NCBI RefSeq assembly: GCF_009914755.1
Contig: NC_060927.1
DNA length: 64,000 bases
Strand: one strand, 5' to 3'
Source of the DNA: the human T2T-CHM13v2.0 reference genome, Homo sapiens
Made by a program: the position numbers and the translations under genes. The notes beneath the pieces were generated by a model. That model was not told the origin of the DNA, ran no database searches, and saw nothing but the letters and a program-made list of their open reading frames with translations. This document shows, one piece after another, positions 31,431 to 46,599 of the stretch (its first letter is position 1; each line of letters begins with the position of its first letter).

Positions 31431-32139
31431 TTTGATTTGGAATATACAATTGGAAGATATTTCAGCTCTAAAGGAAAAGTGCCACAGCTTCCTTTTTCTG
31501 AGGACAAAAAGGTGAGAATTGAGGGGTTGCCACGTGGGCAAGTGGACAGCCAAGCAGCAAGCCGCTTCTGTGTGCACTGTGGCAATACTTGAAAGTTCTG
31601 CCATCATCTTGGGGTCTGCATTGTTGCTGCAAAAGTGACTGTTTCCATTGTGTTGCTTTATTTTGCTTTTAAAAAGCGGTATTCCAGTTACCATGTGCTT
31701 CACAGTTCTCTCACTCATCCTGTTCCACACTGAAATCTTGATACTTATGCATCTCTGGGAGTGGAGCTAATTACATACAATCTACATGGAATCACCAAAT
31801 TTTCAGAATTACCCCAGGTGGTACAACATGCTAGCAACTATGTGGACATAGAAAATAACTTTCTACTATCAATCGGCTTTCCTCCTGCCCCATTGTAATG
31901 TATGGCACTGAGGAGTTAACATGGCATCCTGATTGGAGCAGGGGGCAGAGGGACAGGGGAGAGAAGGAGGTGCTAATACTCCCCTTTCACTTCATTCCTA
32001 TTCTTTTCAGGGTCTGCCTATCCTCACATAAGCCAATCCATTCTCCATCTCCTTTAAGCAGACATATACTGCCTCGTAAGTATAGGATGCCTTGTAGTAA
32101 CTTACCATATGTGAGTGTTTGTATGTATGCATATGTTTG

Positions 32140-32320
32140 CTTCATTCACTTAAAAATATTTATTGATTATCTTTCATAAATATGTTAGACACACTCTAGG
32201 CAATGGAGATACAAAAATGAAAAAGAAATACAAGGTCTCTGCTCCCACAGAGCTTGTATACTCATAGAAGGAGACAGATAATAAGCAAGGGGAAAAATAA
32301 GCAAGATAATTTCAGAGACT
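32140..32320 (-). mobile_element. L2 3' end
   Basis: ttcattcacttaaaaatatttattgatt...ctaggcaatggagataca...gtctctgctcccacagagctt. Confidence 0.75.
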
Positions 32321-33149
32321 GTAATTAAGCCATTTAATTTACACTGTGCTATGATTTCTCAGGAATCGTTTTACATACAAATAAAAAATCTAACCTACAA
32401 ATTGTTTTCATATGTAATGAAGTTTTTATGAATAAAATTTAAAAGATTAATAAGACTGACATGTTACAGTATATAAATACTTATTTAAACTTTTTTTTTC
32501 ATTTTGCAACTTCTTTTTTATATTTTGGAGCCATTAGTTCCTTTTCCTTGTCACAAACATTTACGTGGGCTCCTTAAAAGAACCTAGAGCTTTGGCACTG
32601 TGTTCACAGAGCCCAGTGAATAAGCAGACTTTTCTTGCAGGTTATATCAAGGTCCGTACTACATACTGAGATTTACTACATACCAGAGAATCTCAACCTT
32701 CTTTCTAACACAGGGACTCATCAGAAATCATAAAGTGGTTGGTGCTTACTGAAATAAGTATATATATGGAAAGCCCCTAATGGGAATAGATCCCACTACT
32801 GAAATTGGATTGAAAATTACTGCACTATACATAATGACTGCAATTTTATAGTGACTTTCGTTAAAGTGTTATTTTTTCTTTTTTACTTACACGTTAATCA
32901 GTGTTGAAAGGTTAACTTGTAGCATGTTAAACTGTTGCTTCAGCAAGGGAGAACAGTTCATGATGTTGCACAGGAAATGCCATGACTATCACAGAACTAC
33001 CAGTAGGAGAATTTATTTTCAGTGATACTTCCTACTAAAAGTAGTTTAAACTTATTACTTATCACAACAGCACTCAGAAAAAATCAAAGAAGGTAGACAC
33101 CCAGGAAGAAACACAGAACACTTAAAAGGCCACAGGTTAGTTCAGAAAG

Positions 33150-33360
33150 ATAAATCAGCTGTTTGGTTCTAGAATGAGTGACGCGCTAGCTGTGAGACTC
33201 TGGATAAGTTACTTGACATCTCTGAGTCTCAGTTTGCATATCTGTAAAATGAGGATAAATTATCATTTTAATTCATGGAGTTGTGGTCACTAAGTGAAGT
33301 GACACATGTAAGCACTCTGCCCAGTGTCTGCCCCAATAGCTCAGTGAATGTTAGCTGTTA
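33150..33360 (+). mobile_element. MIR
   Basis: ctagctgtgagactctggataagttacttgacatctctgagtctcagtttgcatatctgtaaaatgagg. Confidence 0.8.
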
Positions 33361-34158
33361 GCAGAGAGAGTGGCAGCCCTGAGCAGAAAGCAAAGTCTTT
33401 TGGGGACCAAAGAACAAAGTACGTAGTTGGCTTTTTGCAGAGTATATTATTTAGAAATTCTGATATCAAAACTTAGTATTTGGAATAAATCTTGAGAAAA
33501 ATGTAGGACCTGACAATGTTTTTCATAACTAATAATTAGAATTGTAAAAAAAAAAAAGTAAGAAACTCAGAAATGACTTACGTTTGAGAAAGACAGGAAA
33601 AAGTGCAGTCTGGTTTCTTTTACATTAATTATTTATAGAGCAGAAAATGAAAATGGTTATCTAAGCCATCAAGATATCAGAACACCCCTGGGTATATGTT
33701 AATTAACAGAATTCTAACATGCATGTAGTTGTCATTCATTCTCAACTAATCCTTACGATGTTTCTTTAAAGGTTTGATTCAAAAATTTCTTCATGTTATT
33801 ATAATTGACAGAAGCTTGGCCTGAATAAAAACTTCTTGGTACCCAGGTGGCTCTGGCATCAACCGGGCAGGTTTTTAGCTGGCCCTACTGCAATCACTTT
33901 ATACAGTCCTTCTATACTTGTCATCCTTTTTCATCTGTTCATTTTACAGACGAGGAAACTGACATCCAGTAAAAGATCAACATTAAACATAAGCCTGGTA
34001 GCAGAACCATAACAGAACCCTGCACTCATGATGCCTTCTGAGGACTCTGCCCATCTTCCTTGATTAACTCCAGAATACAGAAGCAACCCTAAAAATGCAA
34101 GCAAACATCCTGAAGAAGTCAGGAATGGATTTTTCTAAGGTTATGTATGACTTCATGA

Positions 34159-34470
<312 letters not shown>

Positions 34471-34782
34471 AAGATTATGACTCTTGAAAAACAGACTTCA
34501 GAGCATCATACATTGAACCTACCTGAAAACTGGGTGTGTACTTCCAGACAGGTCTGGGAAGCCATCCAGACATTCATGTACATTTTTTATGTGTCAGCTG
34601 TTGCATGAGTATTTTGAGAAGCAGTTTTTGAGAAGTCACAGCAGGAATCTAGCTTTTGTGTTCTGAAGTACCAGCTTTATTGCAGCTCAAACAAAAATAA
34701 AAAGGAAACAGTGTCATTACCCGGCAGGTTTTTCAGTACAGTTCCAGCAGGGTTCTCTCTTTTCTAGCTCCAACATGCTTAC

Positions 34783-34981
34783 CTCCCCAGCCTTGTGAAA
34801 AAGAATCTATCTTGGCAGAACCTGAACCAAATATGAAACACAGTTTCAACATTTTCCTGCCATTTTTCCTGGGAAGTACTTTCATCAGAACATTTTGATT
34901 TGCTGAGAACATGTGTACCTCTTCTTTTGAGAGACAGAACATTCTTTAATTTGGTGACCTCAAGAGGCTTTTTACCTTCAA
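34783..34981 (-). other. Candidate 199-bp internal exon of an unidentified transcript
   Basis: Minus-strand acceptor ttgcatttcccccctccccacctccag| and donor GAG|gtaagc, in non-repeat sequence; one frame open throughout. Splice signals are the only evidence. Confidence 0.35.
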
Positions 34982-35710
34982 CTGGAGGTGGGGAGGGGGG
35001 AAATGCAACTCCAATGGATAGGTAATTGTACCTCTCAGCCACACACTTTCTTGCTGAGCTATATAATGGTTCATGAGCTCTTAACTGAGACTTATAAAAG
35101 TGTTCTCAATTGTTAGTTCAAGGTCTGTAGCCAGCTTAGAAATTGTTAAAATGTACAAAATAAATGAGAAAAAAACAGCAAGGAAAGAAATTCTAGGTCA
35201 TGCTTTTATGAGCTGCTTGACAAAAAAAAAGCAGGTTTTTTCAGAGGATGGGAACAATTTCAATGTTCAGTTTTCTATACCAGTGGGATTGTGAGGCACA
35301 ATATGTACATCTCTGGTGCAGGTGAGTCAATGATTAAAGAGAGTTTAATTCTAGGCCCCATCATGTGTCAATATAGTAAATGGTATGGGATCCTGCCAAA
35401 TACCAGAAATCCTATATTGTATAATTCAGTTAAATCTCCACATTGTATTCTCCTTTGTGATAATGAGTTAGGAAAAGGCTTTTGAGTTGAGGTAAGAGAC
35501 AGGAAACAAAGTGATGATACAGCAGGAGTATATTAAATTTTCAGAAGAGTTCCAAAATATCTTACATAAACTTGAGGAAAAATATTGTAGTGCCCATAGA
35601 AAATGACATACATGAGTGAGATGATGGTGCCAGGTCAAGATGTTTTGCTGTGCTAGGGCACAGAGTCATCACCAGTGTTGTGCAGTATGCAACATGGTTC
35701 TCCCATGTCT

Positions 35711-36887
35711 CTAGGGTGTCTCTGCCTTAAACAGCAATAACACAAGCCCTCATATGCTGAACCTCCGAGTGACACAACACAGGCCATCTTCCTGGACTTG
35801 AATTAGTCTTGTTTTTTACTGCGCATTTTTAAAATGACCTCATTATTGAAGAGTAATATCTGTATGATAATGGATTCATGCCAAAAATAATTATCTCCAA
35901 GGTCTTAAAGTTAGATACTAACTTAAATATTAGACTCCCAATGTGGAGTCTAATATTTGCCCAACCAAAACATTGCTGTCACTCTGAATCTCTTCTTTCC
36001 ACCCCTTCTAGTTGCTTGACTTTTTCTGATTAACTTCTAGTCATCTCCCAGATCTCAGCCCAAACATCACTTTCTCAGAGAAGCCTTCTCTGACATGGTC
36101 TTGATGGAGTTGAGTCTCTGTAATATACTCTTTCTAGCCCCATATAGCACATGTCACAGTTGATTATATTTGTATGAGTATGGGACTAATGGCTGTCTCC
36201 CATCATCTCCTCAGAGCTACCACAGTGTCCAGCTTTGTAGCAGATCTTAAAAGGATGTTGGTTAATCAATGAATAAATGTATCATGAATAGACAAGCAAG
36301 TTGAAGGAATAGAATAGAGAAACTGGAGTGGATGTACTTCCTACTGGGAGGAGAGGAAGAAGCCAACAATCTTGACTTTATTTTTAGATAGAAAACAAAC
36401 CACCCTATCATAACTTTCACAAGCTACGTGGAAAATTCAGCAAAATCGTTTTCTCTTTCCACTTTACTGAACTTATGAGGCATGTTGCCACTTTTCTGCC
36501 CCTCTTAACATTGAGCACCATGCTCATCATTAAAACACACACACACTATATCAAGAAATGTAAGCCATATCTGATACGTGGGATGATTATTATGTAATTG
36601 AGATGAATAGATCCCTGAGAGAGATACAGAGAGAAATGAGACAGCTGAGGCAGACACAGGGCCTACAGGCCTTCTCCTAGGGTGTCTCCGCCATAAGCAG
36701 CAATAACACAAGCCCTCATATGCTGAACCTCCCAGTGACACAACACAGGCCCTCCTCCTGGACCTGCATTATCCCAGTTTTTTACTGCATGTTTTTAAAA
36801 TGACCTCATTATTGAAGAGTTATATCTGTATGATAATGGATTCATGCCAAAAATAATCATCTCCAAGGTCTTAAAGTTAGATACTAA
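35711..36887 (+). repeat. Non-tandem direct duplication of 211 bp (35711-35921 and 36677-36887)
   Basis: Ungapped, about 17 mismatches by eye (about 92%), offset 966 bp. Confidence 0.95.
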
Positions 36888-38079
36888 ATGCAAATGGTAA
36901 AAACTGCCCTCTTTCTCTCCGATTCATTTTACTGCTCACTCCACCCTTTCCTCACACTCTTATTATCTTTCCTAAAAAGAAAAAAACTTTTTTTTCTCCA
37001 AGTTAGGATTCCTTGTTTCATTGCTTTACCCAGTGAGAAAAAGCTCAGGACTACATTCATGGCTATTCCCAGAGCCATTCTGCAATTCTTTCAACCATCA
37101 CCTCTCCCATTTCCCCAGTGGCACAAGGCTTACCCATTCCCTCCATCAGCTGCCTAGAGAAGACTGCAAGTGAGAGGAGATCACAATGGCAATAACGGGA
37201 AGCAGTCAATATCAAGGAGTCCCAGTGATACTAGTAAAAACAGACATGGCCGATCCACAAGTCAGCAGTGAGAGTCTACACATTGATCTAGCTCTTGAAA
37301 TGGGAAATACTGGTATAGTATATCACTTACGGAGGTCTGATTTAATGCTCATTTAAGTGAGCCACCCACTCCCTGCTTCTCTTTTGGGTCTCCTTTGCAA
37401 AATCGTTTGTAAAATAAAGGACATAATATCACGATTCTCAACTTCTTCACATATATGTAGCATTGCATTATGAATAACCATACAATTTCAGTACTCTATT
37501 TAAATTATTATGTGTTACATTCCCTCCTGTTTCCTTTTTTCCTACAGACTCTGTATAGGCATACCTCGAAGATATTGTGGGTTGGATCCAGACTACTACA
37601 ATAAAGAGAGTATAATAATAAGTTAAGTCACATAAATTTTTTATTTACTTATATATACACTATATTGTAGTCTATTAAGTATGCAATAGCATTATGTCTT
37701 AAAATTTGTGTATATCTTAATTTAAAGATATTTTATTGTGAAAAATGCTAACAATCATCTTGAGCCTTCAGTGAGTTATAATCTTTTGGCTGATGGAGCA
37801 TCTTACCTCAATTGTGGTGACTGTTGGCAGAGTGGTGGTTGCTGAAGGATGGGGTGGCTATGGCAATTTCTTAAAATAAAACAATGAACTTTGGTGTATC
37901 TGTCAACACTTCCTTTCAGAAGAGTTTTCTGTAGCCTATGATGCTGTTTAACAGCATTTTACTATCAGTAGAACCTCCTTCAAAATTGGAGTCAATCTTC
38001 TCCAACCCTGTTGCTGCCTAATCAACCATGTTTATGTAACATTCTAAATTCTTTGCTGTTATTTCAACAATGTTCACAG

Positions 38080-38766
<687 letters not shown>

Positions 38767-41700
38767 GAAACCACTTTATTTGTGCATCCATAAGAAGCAA
38801 CTCCTCATCACTCATCCATCCGAGTTCTATCATGAGATTGCAGCAATTCAGTCCCATCTTCAGGCTTCACTTATAATTGTAGTTCTCTTGCTATTTCTAC
38901 CATATCTGCAGTTACTTCCTCCATTGAAGTCTTCAACTCCCCAAAGTTATCCATAAGAGTGATAATCGACTTCTTTCAAACTCCTGTTAATGTTCATATT
39001 TTGACTTCCTCTTATGAATCACAAATGTTCTTAATGGCATTTAAAATGGTGAATCCTTTCCAGGAGGTTTTCAACTCACTTTGCCAAGACCTATCAGAGG
39101 AATTAATAAAATATAAAATATAAAAATAACATCAATGTCCTTGCACATGTCCATCAGAGCCCTTGGATGACCAATTCATTATCAATGAGCAGTAATATTT
39201 TGGAAATAATCTTTTTTTCTGAACATTAGGTCTCCACAGCGGGCTTAAAATTTTTAGTAAACAGTCTGTAAAAAGACTTGCTGTCGCCCAAGCTGTGTTG
39301 TTCTATTTATAGAGAACAAGCAGAGTAGGTATAGTATAATTCCTAAGGAACTTAGGATTTCCAGAACGATCAATGAATATTGGCTTCAACTTGAAGTTGC
39401 CAGCTTCATTGGCCCCTAACAAGAGAGTCAGCCTGCCCCTTAAAGCTTTGAAGTCAGGCATTGACTTCTCCTCTCTAGCTATGAAAGTCCTAGATGGCAT
39501 CTTCTTCCAATAGAAGGCTGTTTGTCTATATTGAAAGTCTGTTGTTTAACATAGCCACCTTTGTCAATTATCTTAGCTTGATCTCTGGATAACTTGCTTC
39601 AGCTTCTCCATCAGCACTCACTGCTTCACCTTGCACTTTTATATTATGAAGATGGCCTCTTTCCTTAAACCCCATGAACCCACCTTTGCCAATTTTAAAT
39701 TTTCTTCTGTAGCTTCCTCACTTCTCTCAGCCTTCAAAGAACTGCACAGAGGTATGGCCTTGCTCTGGATTAGGCTTTGGCTTTAGGGAATGTTGTGACT
39801 TGTTTGATCTTTTATCCAGACCACTAAAACTTTCTCTGTATCAGCAATGAAACTATTTCACTTTCTTATCATTTGTGTGTTCGCTGAAGTAGCACTTTTA
39901 ATTTTCTTTGAGAACTTTTCCTTTGCATTCACAACGGTTTGGCTCAAGAGGCTTAGCTTTCAGCCTACCTTGGCTTTCCACATGTCTTCCTCACTAATTT
40001 CAATCATTTCTAACTTTTGACTGAAAGTGAGAGATGTGCCACTCTTCATTTCACTTTAACACTTAGAGGACATTGTAGGGTTATTAATTGGTCTAATTTC
40101 AATATTGTTGTGTCCCAGGGAATAGGGAGGCCTGAAGAAAGGGAGAGAGATGAGGGAATGGCCAATTGGTGGAGCAATTAGAATGCCCATATTTACTTAC
40201 TGAGTTTCCTGTCTTATATGGGCACAATTTGTGACACCCCAGGACAGTTATAATGGTAACATCAGAGATTGCTGATTACAGATCTGCAAAACAGATATAA
40301 TAACAAGATTTGAAATATTGCAAGAATTACCAAAATGTAACAGATTGAAGTAAAGTGAGCACCTGCTCTTGGAAAAATGGTACCAATAGACTTGCTTGAT
40401 GCAGTGTTGCCACAAACCTTCTATTTTTTAAAAATGCAATATTTGCACAAAGCACAATAAAGTGAAGTGCAATAAAATGAAGTATGCCTGTAATTGTCAT
40501 ATGTGTTCCAAAGCCCTATCTAAACCATTCATAGTGATAACAATCCAAAATATTTTTAGAATCTCCAGAAAACTTGATTCATTCTCTACATTTTAGAATC
40601 ACAATTATATCTAGAATGTATCTTGAATATTATCTGCAATCTTTATTTACAATACTCTCTTGTTCATTTATTTATTTATCTGATTTTTTTCAGTAAACAG
40701 AATATTCAATCCTAAGAGTCATGAAAACCTCAAGTTTGAGCTCTACTCTAGTTGGTTGTATGACTTTAAAAGTAGTACTTTATATCTCAGTAATTAAATT
40801 TTATACTCTATAAAATTAAGGGTTTAGTCCAATGCATTTTAAAGGTCCCTTCCAGTTTCAATGTTTAAGATTTAATAATTACAATAATTGTTTACATTAA
40901 TGAGTGCCAGCCATTCTACTTAGCACCTAACATAATTTACCTCATTCAATCTTCCTAAAGCTCTATGAAATAAGTGCTATTATTATTGATATTTTACCAA
41001 TGAGAAGACTGAGGCACAGGGAAGTTACATAACTTTCCTGAAACCATTCAACAGAAAGCATAAAGCTGGATGGAAATCCAAGTATGACTTATTCTACTCT
41101 GAACAACATCTAAATCAAAGGGCAGGTGAGTAGAGATAAAAAGTTACCCCAAATGTTAAATTCAGTCACTTCAGAAAATTTCAGAATGCTTGGCAGCAAC
41201 TCTAGCTATGAATTGCTAAATCACAAAGCAACAGGAAAAATATTTCCTGTCTCCAGCTATCCCTCCCTCCTAAGCTGTATTCCATCAGCACATCAGCACG
41301 TCTCCCCACAGACTCTCCCCAACCACGTGCACCAGTTCTACCTAAATATACAGGCACATGTGTGCTCACATACACACACACACACACACATACACTGCTG
41401 GAAGAAGGATATCTACCTACTAAGTCTATCTTAAAACACAGAATGATATTTTATATGGCAATCTTTATATAATAAGATTAGTGTGTTTGAAATTGGATTT
41501 TTATAAAGATAACGGAGCTTTTTATTTCATTTACATGGAAACACCTACAAAGACAGTCACACACATACAAAGTCACTGGCCTCAAACTATTTTACCCACT
41601 TTTTTATTAACAGAAAAATTTTCTCTTTAAATTAGTTTTGCTTAAGATAGCAATGGAGAAGAAACAAAAAGACACTCAACCTGATAACAACAATTAAACA

Positions 41701-42047
41701 TGATATTGAGCTAAAATTTGAATGATCCTTATTTTGATCCCTGGCTAATCAAATTTTGAAAGCATTCTCCATAGCCTGTAGGAGTGTTTCAACTACAACA
41801 TGTTCTAATGTTCTTCAGCATGTTATTCCTTCATAAAACTGAAAAATATAGGAAAAAGTGTGCATCAGTTCTTAGTCACTAGTGTAAGCATAATGTAGCC
41901 ATTAGTTAGAGAGCATATTCTAGTTAGTTTGTGGTAGCAATTCTTCAGTTAACCTATTAACATACTCCAATTTTATTTAAGTAGTTTCAAATTTAAAGAA
42001 AAATAAAGAATATTTGATATTTTAATGAAATGATGTATTTAGTTGTG

Positions 42048-42226
42048 CCCATCTGTACAAAAAAATACAAAATATTAGTCAGGCATGGTAGCACACACCG
42101 ATAGTACTAGCTACTTAGGAGGCTGAGGCAGAAGGATTGCTTGAGTCCAGGAGTTCAAGGCTACTGTGAGCTATGATAGTGCCACTGCAATCCAACTGAG
42201 TAACAGAATGAGTTGCTATTTCAAAA
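42048..42226 (+). mobile_element. Truncated AluJ, mainly right arm
   Basis: ctacttaggaggctgaggcagaaggattgcttgagtccaggagttcaaggct. Confidence 0.85.
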
Positions 42227-43145
42227 CAGAAATTTTCTTTTGGTAGCTGTCTCCTTGGAAAATACATGAGTAATTAATAGAGAATTATATACCTAAATAA
42301 TAATAGAAAAATATTGAAGAAATACATACATATATATTATATATGCAAATTAAATAAAACATATGCAAATATTTTTAAATTGAATATTTATCATAACTTT
42401 AGAGGAGAATGCTAAGTTTAAACATCATGCAACAACTTCAGGAAATAAAAGTGCAGGAATTCTACTTTGAAAAACAGTGTGCTAGGTTGGACCAACCATC
42501 CTACTGAGAACAACTAGAAAAACTGAATAAAATACAAAAACATATTCTCAAAAAAATGAAGAAGTTTAAAAATAGTGAAGAATTACCTGCTTAAGATCTT
42601 GGAAGACTATGAAATTCAGAGAGTTAAGCCTGTCATTTTTGGGCTCAAATAACACTGGTAGCTGAAAGACTGGCATCTTTGACAGTCCTATAATGTTAGG
42701 AACCAAAGGTTGAGGTACAATAGCAAAGGATGTTGGTCCTTATAAAACACCACCCTTTAGGTAGGAATCCTGAAAGGACGTACCCTAATGGTAATAATGA
42801 ACCAAAAATAAACAAGTAAAGATGAACTACAGACCAGCTTTGCATCACTCAGATAGCTCAGCAAATCTTGTTCCTCAAAATTGAATTCTAAAAATCTTTA
42901 ATTTTCATTGAACTGAAGCTAAAAAAGTCAGATAAAATGTTTCTCTCTGTATGAAGATAATATTATCCTAGGCCTTTAAATTTTTACAAATTTTAAAATA
43001 CCTTGTTAAGTCTACCATCAAAAATAACTAGGTACGTGTATAGAAAAGGCAACATGAATGAGAAATAATAAAAATAACAGATAAAATAAATATACCTAGA
43101 GGGGTTTCATGTATTAGAATTATCTGTCACAGACTTTAAAATGAG

Positions 43146-43522
43146 TGATATGGTTTGGCTCTGTGCCCCCCCAACCCAAATCTCATCTCAAATTATAAAC
43201 CCTGTAATCCCCACATGTTGAGGGAGGGACCTAGTGGGAGGTGGTTGGATCATGGGGGTGGTTCCCTCATGCTGTTCTCATGATAGTGAGAGGTTTCTCA
43301 CGACAGCTGATAGTTTTAGAAGTGTTTGACAGTTCCTTCTTCCTGAACTTGCTCTCTTGCCTGCCACCATGTAAGACGTGCTTGCTTCCTCTTCTGCCAT
43401 GGCTGTAAGTTTTCTGAGGCCTCCCCAGGCATATGGAACTATGAGTCAATTAAACCTCTTTTCTTTATAAATTACCTAGTCTTGGGCAGTTCTTTACAGT
43501 AGTGTGAAAATGGACTAATACA
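43146..43522 (+). mobile_element. THE1D/MSTA-type MaLR solo LTR
   Basis: tgatatggtttggctctgtg...tgagtcaattaaacctcttttctttataaattacc...ggactaataca. Confidence 0.92.
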
Positions 43523-43869
43523 ATAACTGTACTTATAACAGCATAAAACAAATTGTAGCAAGAATTAATTATTAAAACATTGCATAGTCAATGTGAAAAA
43601 GAATAAAATGGAGGCCCTATAATCAAAAACTGTAATGGAAATTAAGAACTCAGTGCCTGGTTTCAGTAGTAGATTAGACTTGGATGAAGGCAATATTAGT
43701 GAACAGGAAGAGAGCTCAGAAGAAAATATTTAGAAAGGAGTAAAGAATGGAAAATATAGGAAAGTGCCTGAGACATAGAGGACATAGTAAAAACATGTTA
43801 CATATAGTAACTGTTGTTTCCAAAGGAAAGCAAAAAAAAAAAAGAATAGGTCAGAAATTACATTTGGAA

Positions 43870-44135
43870 TTACAGCTAGATAGGAGAGATGAATTATAGT
43901 GTTCTGCAGCACTTAGGGTAAATATGGTTAACTATAATGTATTGCAAATTTTTGAAAAGCATTAAGAAGAGAGGATTTTGAGTGTTCACAGTGCAAAGAA
44001 ATGATTAATGCTTGAGGTGACAGATATGTTAATTATCCTGATTGGATCATTATACGTTACATATATATATATCATTCTATGTCCCATAAATATGTATCAT
44101 GACTATGGGTCAACTAAAAAGAAAAAGAAAAAAAG
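43870..44135 (+). mobile_element. L1MA 3' end
   Basis: tacagctagataggagagatgaatt...agaggattttgagtgttcac...cccataaatatgta followed by an A-tail. Confidence 0.8.
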
Positions 44136-44306
44136 AAAATATGGTTAGAGATAATGCCTAAGAATTTTTCAAAACTAATGAAATTGATTCACAGATTAAG
44201 GACCAATCAACTTCAAAATTGGATAAATAAAATATAAATTCGCACCTAGATGCATCATAATAAAACCAATGATAACAAAAGACAAGGAAGAAATCTCAAA
44301 GTAGCT

Positions 44307-44831
44307 ATAGTAGGCAGAATTCCTCCTCCTCCTCTTGAATGAGATCTGTGAATATGATGGGATAGTTCTCCCTTGGTTAGTTTTCAGTGCATGGCAAAGG
44401 TGGTGGGATAGCTACTCCTGTGATTATATTACATAAGACTCACTGGCAGCAGGCTAAAGACAGATTTTCCTGCTGGATTTGAAGAAGTAAGCTGCCATGT
44501 TGTAAGATGGCCATATGACTAGAAACTGGTGGCCTCTAGGAGCTGAGAATAATCCACAGTGAAAAGCCAACAAGAAAACAGGAACCTCAGTCCTACAACT
44601 GCAAGGAACTGAATTCTGCAAAAATCTGAATGACCTTGGAAGAGACACCTGAGATTCAGATTAGATCACAGCCCCAGCTGACCTTGATTTCAGCCTTGTG
44701 AGATCCTGAGCAGAAACTCCAAGTAACCCTTGTTTGGCTCCAACCCATAGAAAATGTGAGATTATAAATGTGTCTTGTTTTGAGGTAATAAGTTTATGAT
44801 GATTTCATACATAGCAATTGCAACTGATACA
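44307..44831 (+). mobile_element. MLT1E/F-type MaLR LTR
   Basis: ttgaagaagtaagctgccatgttg...acctcagtcctacaactgcaaggaactgaattctgc...aactgataca. Confidence 0.85.
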
Positions 44832-46599
44832 GTACCTTCAAAGGAACAATTAGATGGCCATCTTCTTATGTGAAACTATGGTGAAACTATGGAAGTTGAA
44901 AGACAGTGAGATGATATCTTAACATGCAGAAAGAAAGTAATTGCAAAATTAAAATTATATGCTTAGCAAAAGTATCAAGAATGAATTCAAATTGAAATAT
45001 TTTTAGACAAACAAAAACAGAAAATTTGTTACCAGAAGAACTACATTAAAGTAAATGCTAAAACATTAGACAGAAAACAAATGATTCCAAATGAAAACTA
45101 AAAGACATTAAGGAATGAAGACCAAAAGAGAGTAAATATGTGGGTAAAGATAAACGACGTTGATAAATTAAGAATGCATGTTTAACTCTCTAGATTTCAA
45201 CTCGGAAATGGCTAAATTTTATATTTGCATACTTTTCCATATTATAGTTTACAATCTTAAAATGTTAAAATGCAAAAAAAGCAAAAATACGAAAGATAAG
45301 GTATGCTAAATTTGACTACAGATATTGTTTAAAGTCCTATAGGTTAAAATATCCAACATATATGCTATAAATATGAAAAAAAACTAGCATCTTATTTTTC
45401 ACTGAGCCCATAAAAATCAATGAGAAAATCATGGATTTCTAACAAAAAGAACAAGGAACATTAACAAAGAATCCTCAAAAAAAAAACCACGTGCCTAGGA
45501 AAACATATTTGGGCTGTTAAATTTGTAAAATAAATCATCTTATTTCTTGCTATTACAGTTTTACATATTTTCTGATATTTACTTTGCAGGAGATCGGATG
45601 CATAGGAAAAAAATAGAGTTGAAAGAAATATGCCAAAATTATAGTGATGATTACATTATAGCAGTAGTATTATAAGTAACTTTTTGTGTTTCATTTTCTA
45701 CCTTTTTCTGTAATATTTTAAATCAATTTTAGTAATTTAATTATATTTACTTAATATTTTAAATTTTCTGAAGTTATTATAAACAGAGCTTCTCTGAGTC
45801 ATGTTGGTATACATTTGAAGTTTTCTTAAAAACACCTTTCTGATCCTCAAGATCCATGAAGAAGATGAAATTCAGAGTTAAGCAAAATATTAATTGCTAC
45901 ATCTAACCGGAATCATTGATTTTAATATCTTATCCATTGCTCAATTTAAACTTAGATACAAAAGATGTTTTGATTTCCTCCCCCAACCCACCACACAAGT
46001 AAATAAATGTTTTTTCCTAATTCATATGAGAAAGAAGGCAGGGGGAGCATCACTAAAAAAGTTAACAGAATATTTCAAGAAACTTACTCCAGTAACCATG
46101 GGTTCTTTTGGTTTTACATTAATAAATGGCTCATATATACATTACATGCACATCACTCACACCATAAACAACAAAAGTTCTCAAATTTCTCTTTGACCTT
46201 TTTTAGACTTTTGTAAGGAGAAATGAGAAATTCAGAATATAACTTGTACCACATGAAAATGATTAATTTTATGGCTTCTGAATTTTTCTATTAGAAAGTC
46301 TTACCCACTAAAAGATTATTTTAAAAAATTCCTTCATATTTTTATAGTACTCTATGGTATTAATATATTTTTATATTTAAATTTTGATCCACATGAAATT
46401 TGATGAAAAAAAAAGTACCTTTATTTTTCACTATTATCTAACACAATTTACTGAATAATCCATCATTTTTCCGTACTTAAAAGGTATACTTCATTACATA
46501 CTAAATTTTCATGTATATCTATATCTCTTCCTAGACTCTTATGTTTCTATCTCTGTTTGTTCTTGGGCTTGTAACAAATTGTTTTACTTATTGTCTCAC

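Larger units (their letters stand above)
42460..45200 (+). mobile_element. Ancient L1M 5'/ORF1 region, interrupted by THE1, L1MA and MLT1
   Basis: A-rich degenerate ORF1-like phrases (gaaattaagaactcagtg...agattagact; cacctagatgcatcataataaaac; aaaatttgttaccagaaga). Boundaries approximate. Confidence 0.6.

Noticed and set aside
34906-34919. AGAACAtgTGTACC as a steroid response element (also AGAACAcAGTTCT at 59342)
   Set aside because: Spacers are 2 bp and 1 bp rather than the canonical 3 bp.
35284-35321. Possible 38-bp plus-strand exon (ccag|...CAG|gtgagt); a similar 71-bp candidate at 41055-41125
   Set aside because: Modest acceptors, the second lies in a MIR, and such pairs arise by chance in 64 kb.
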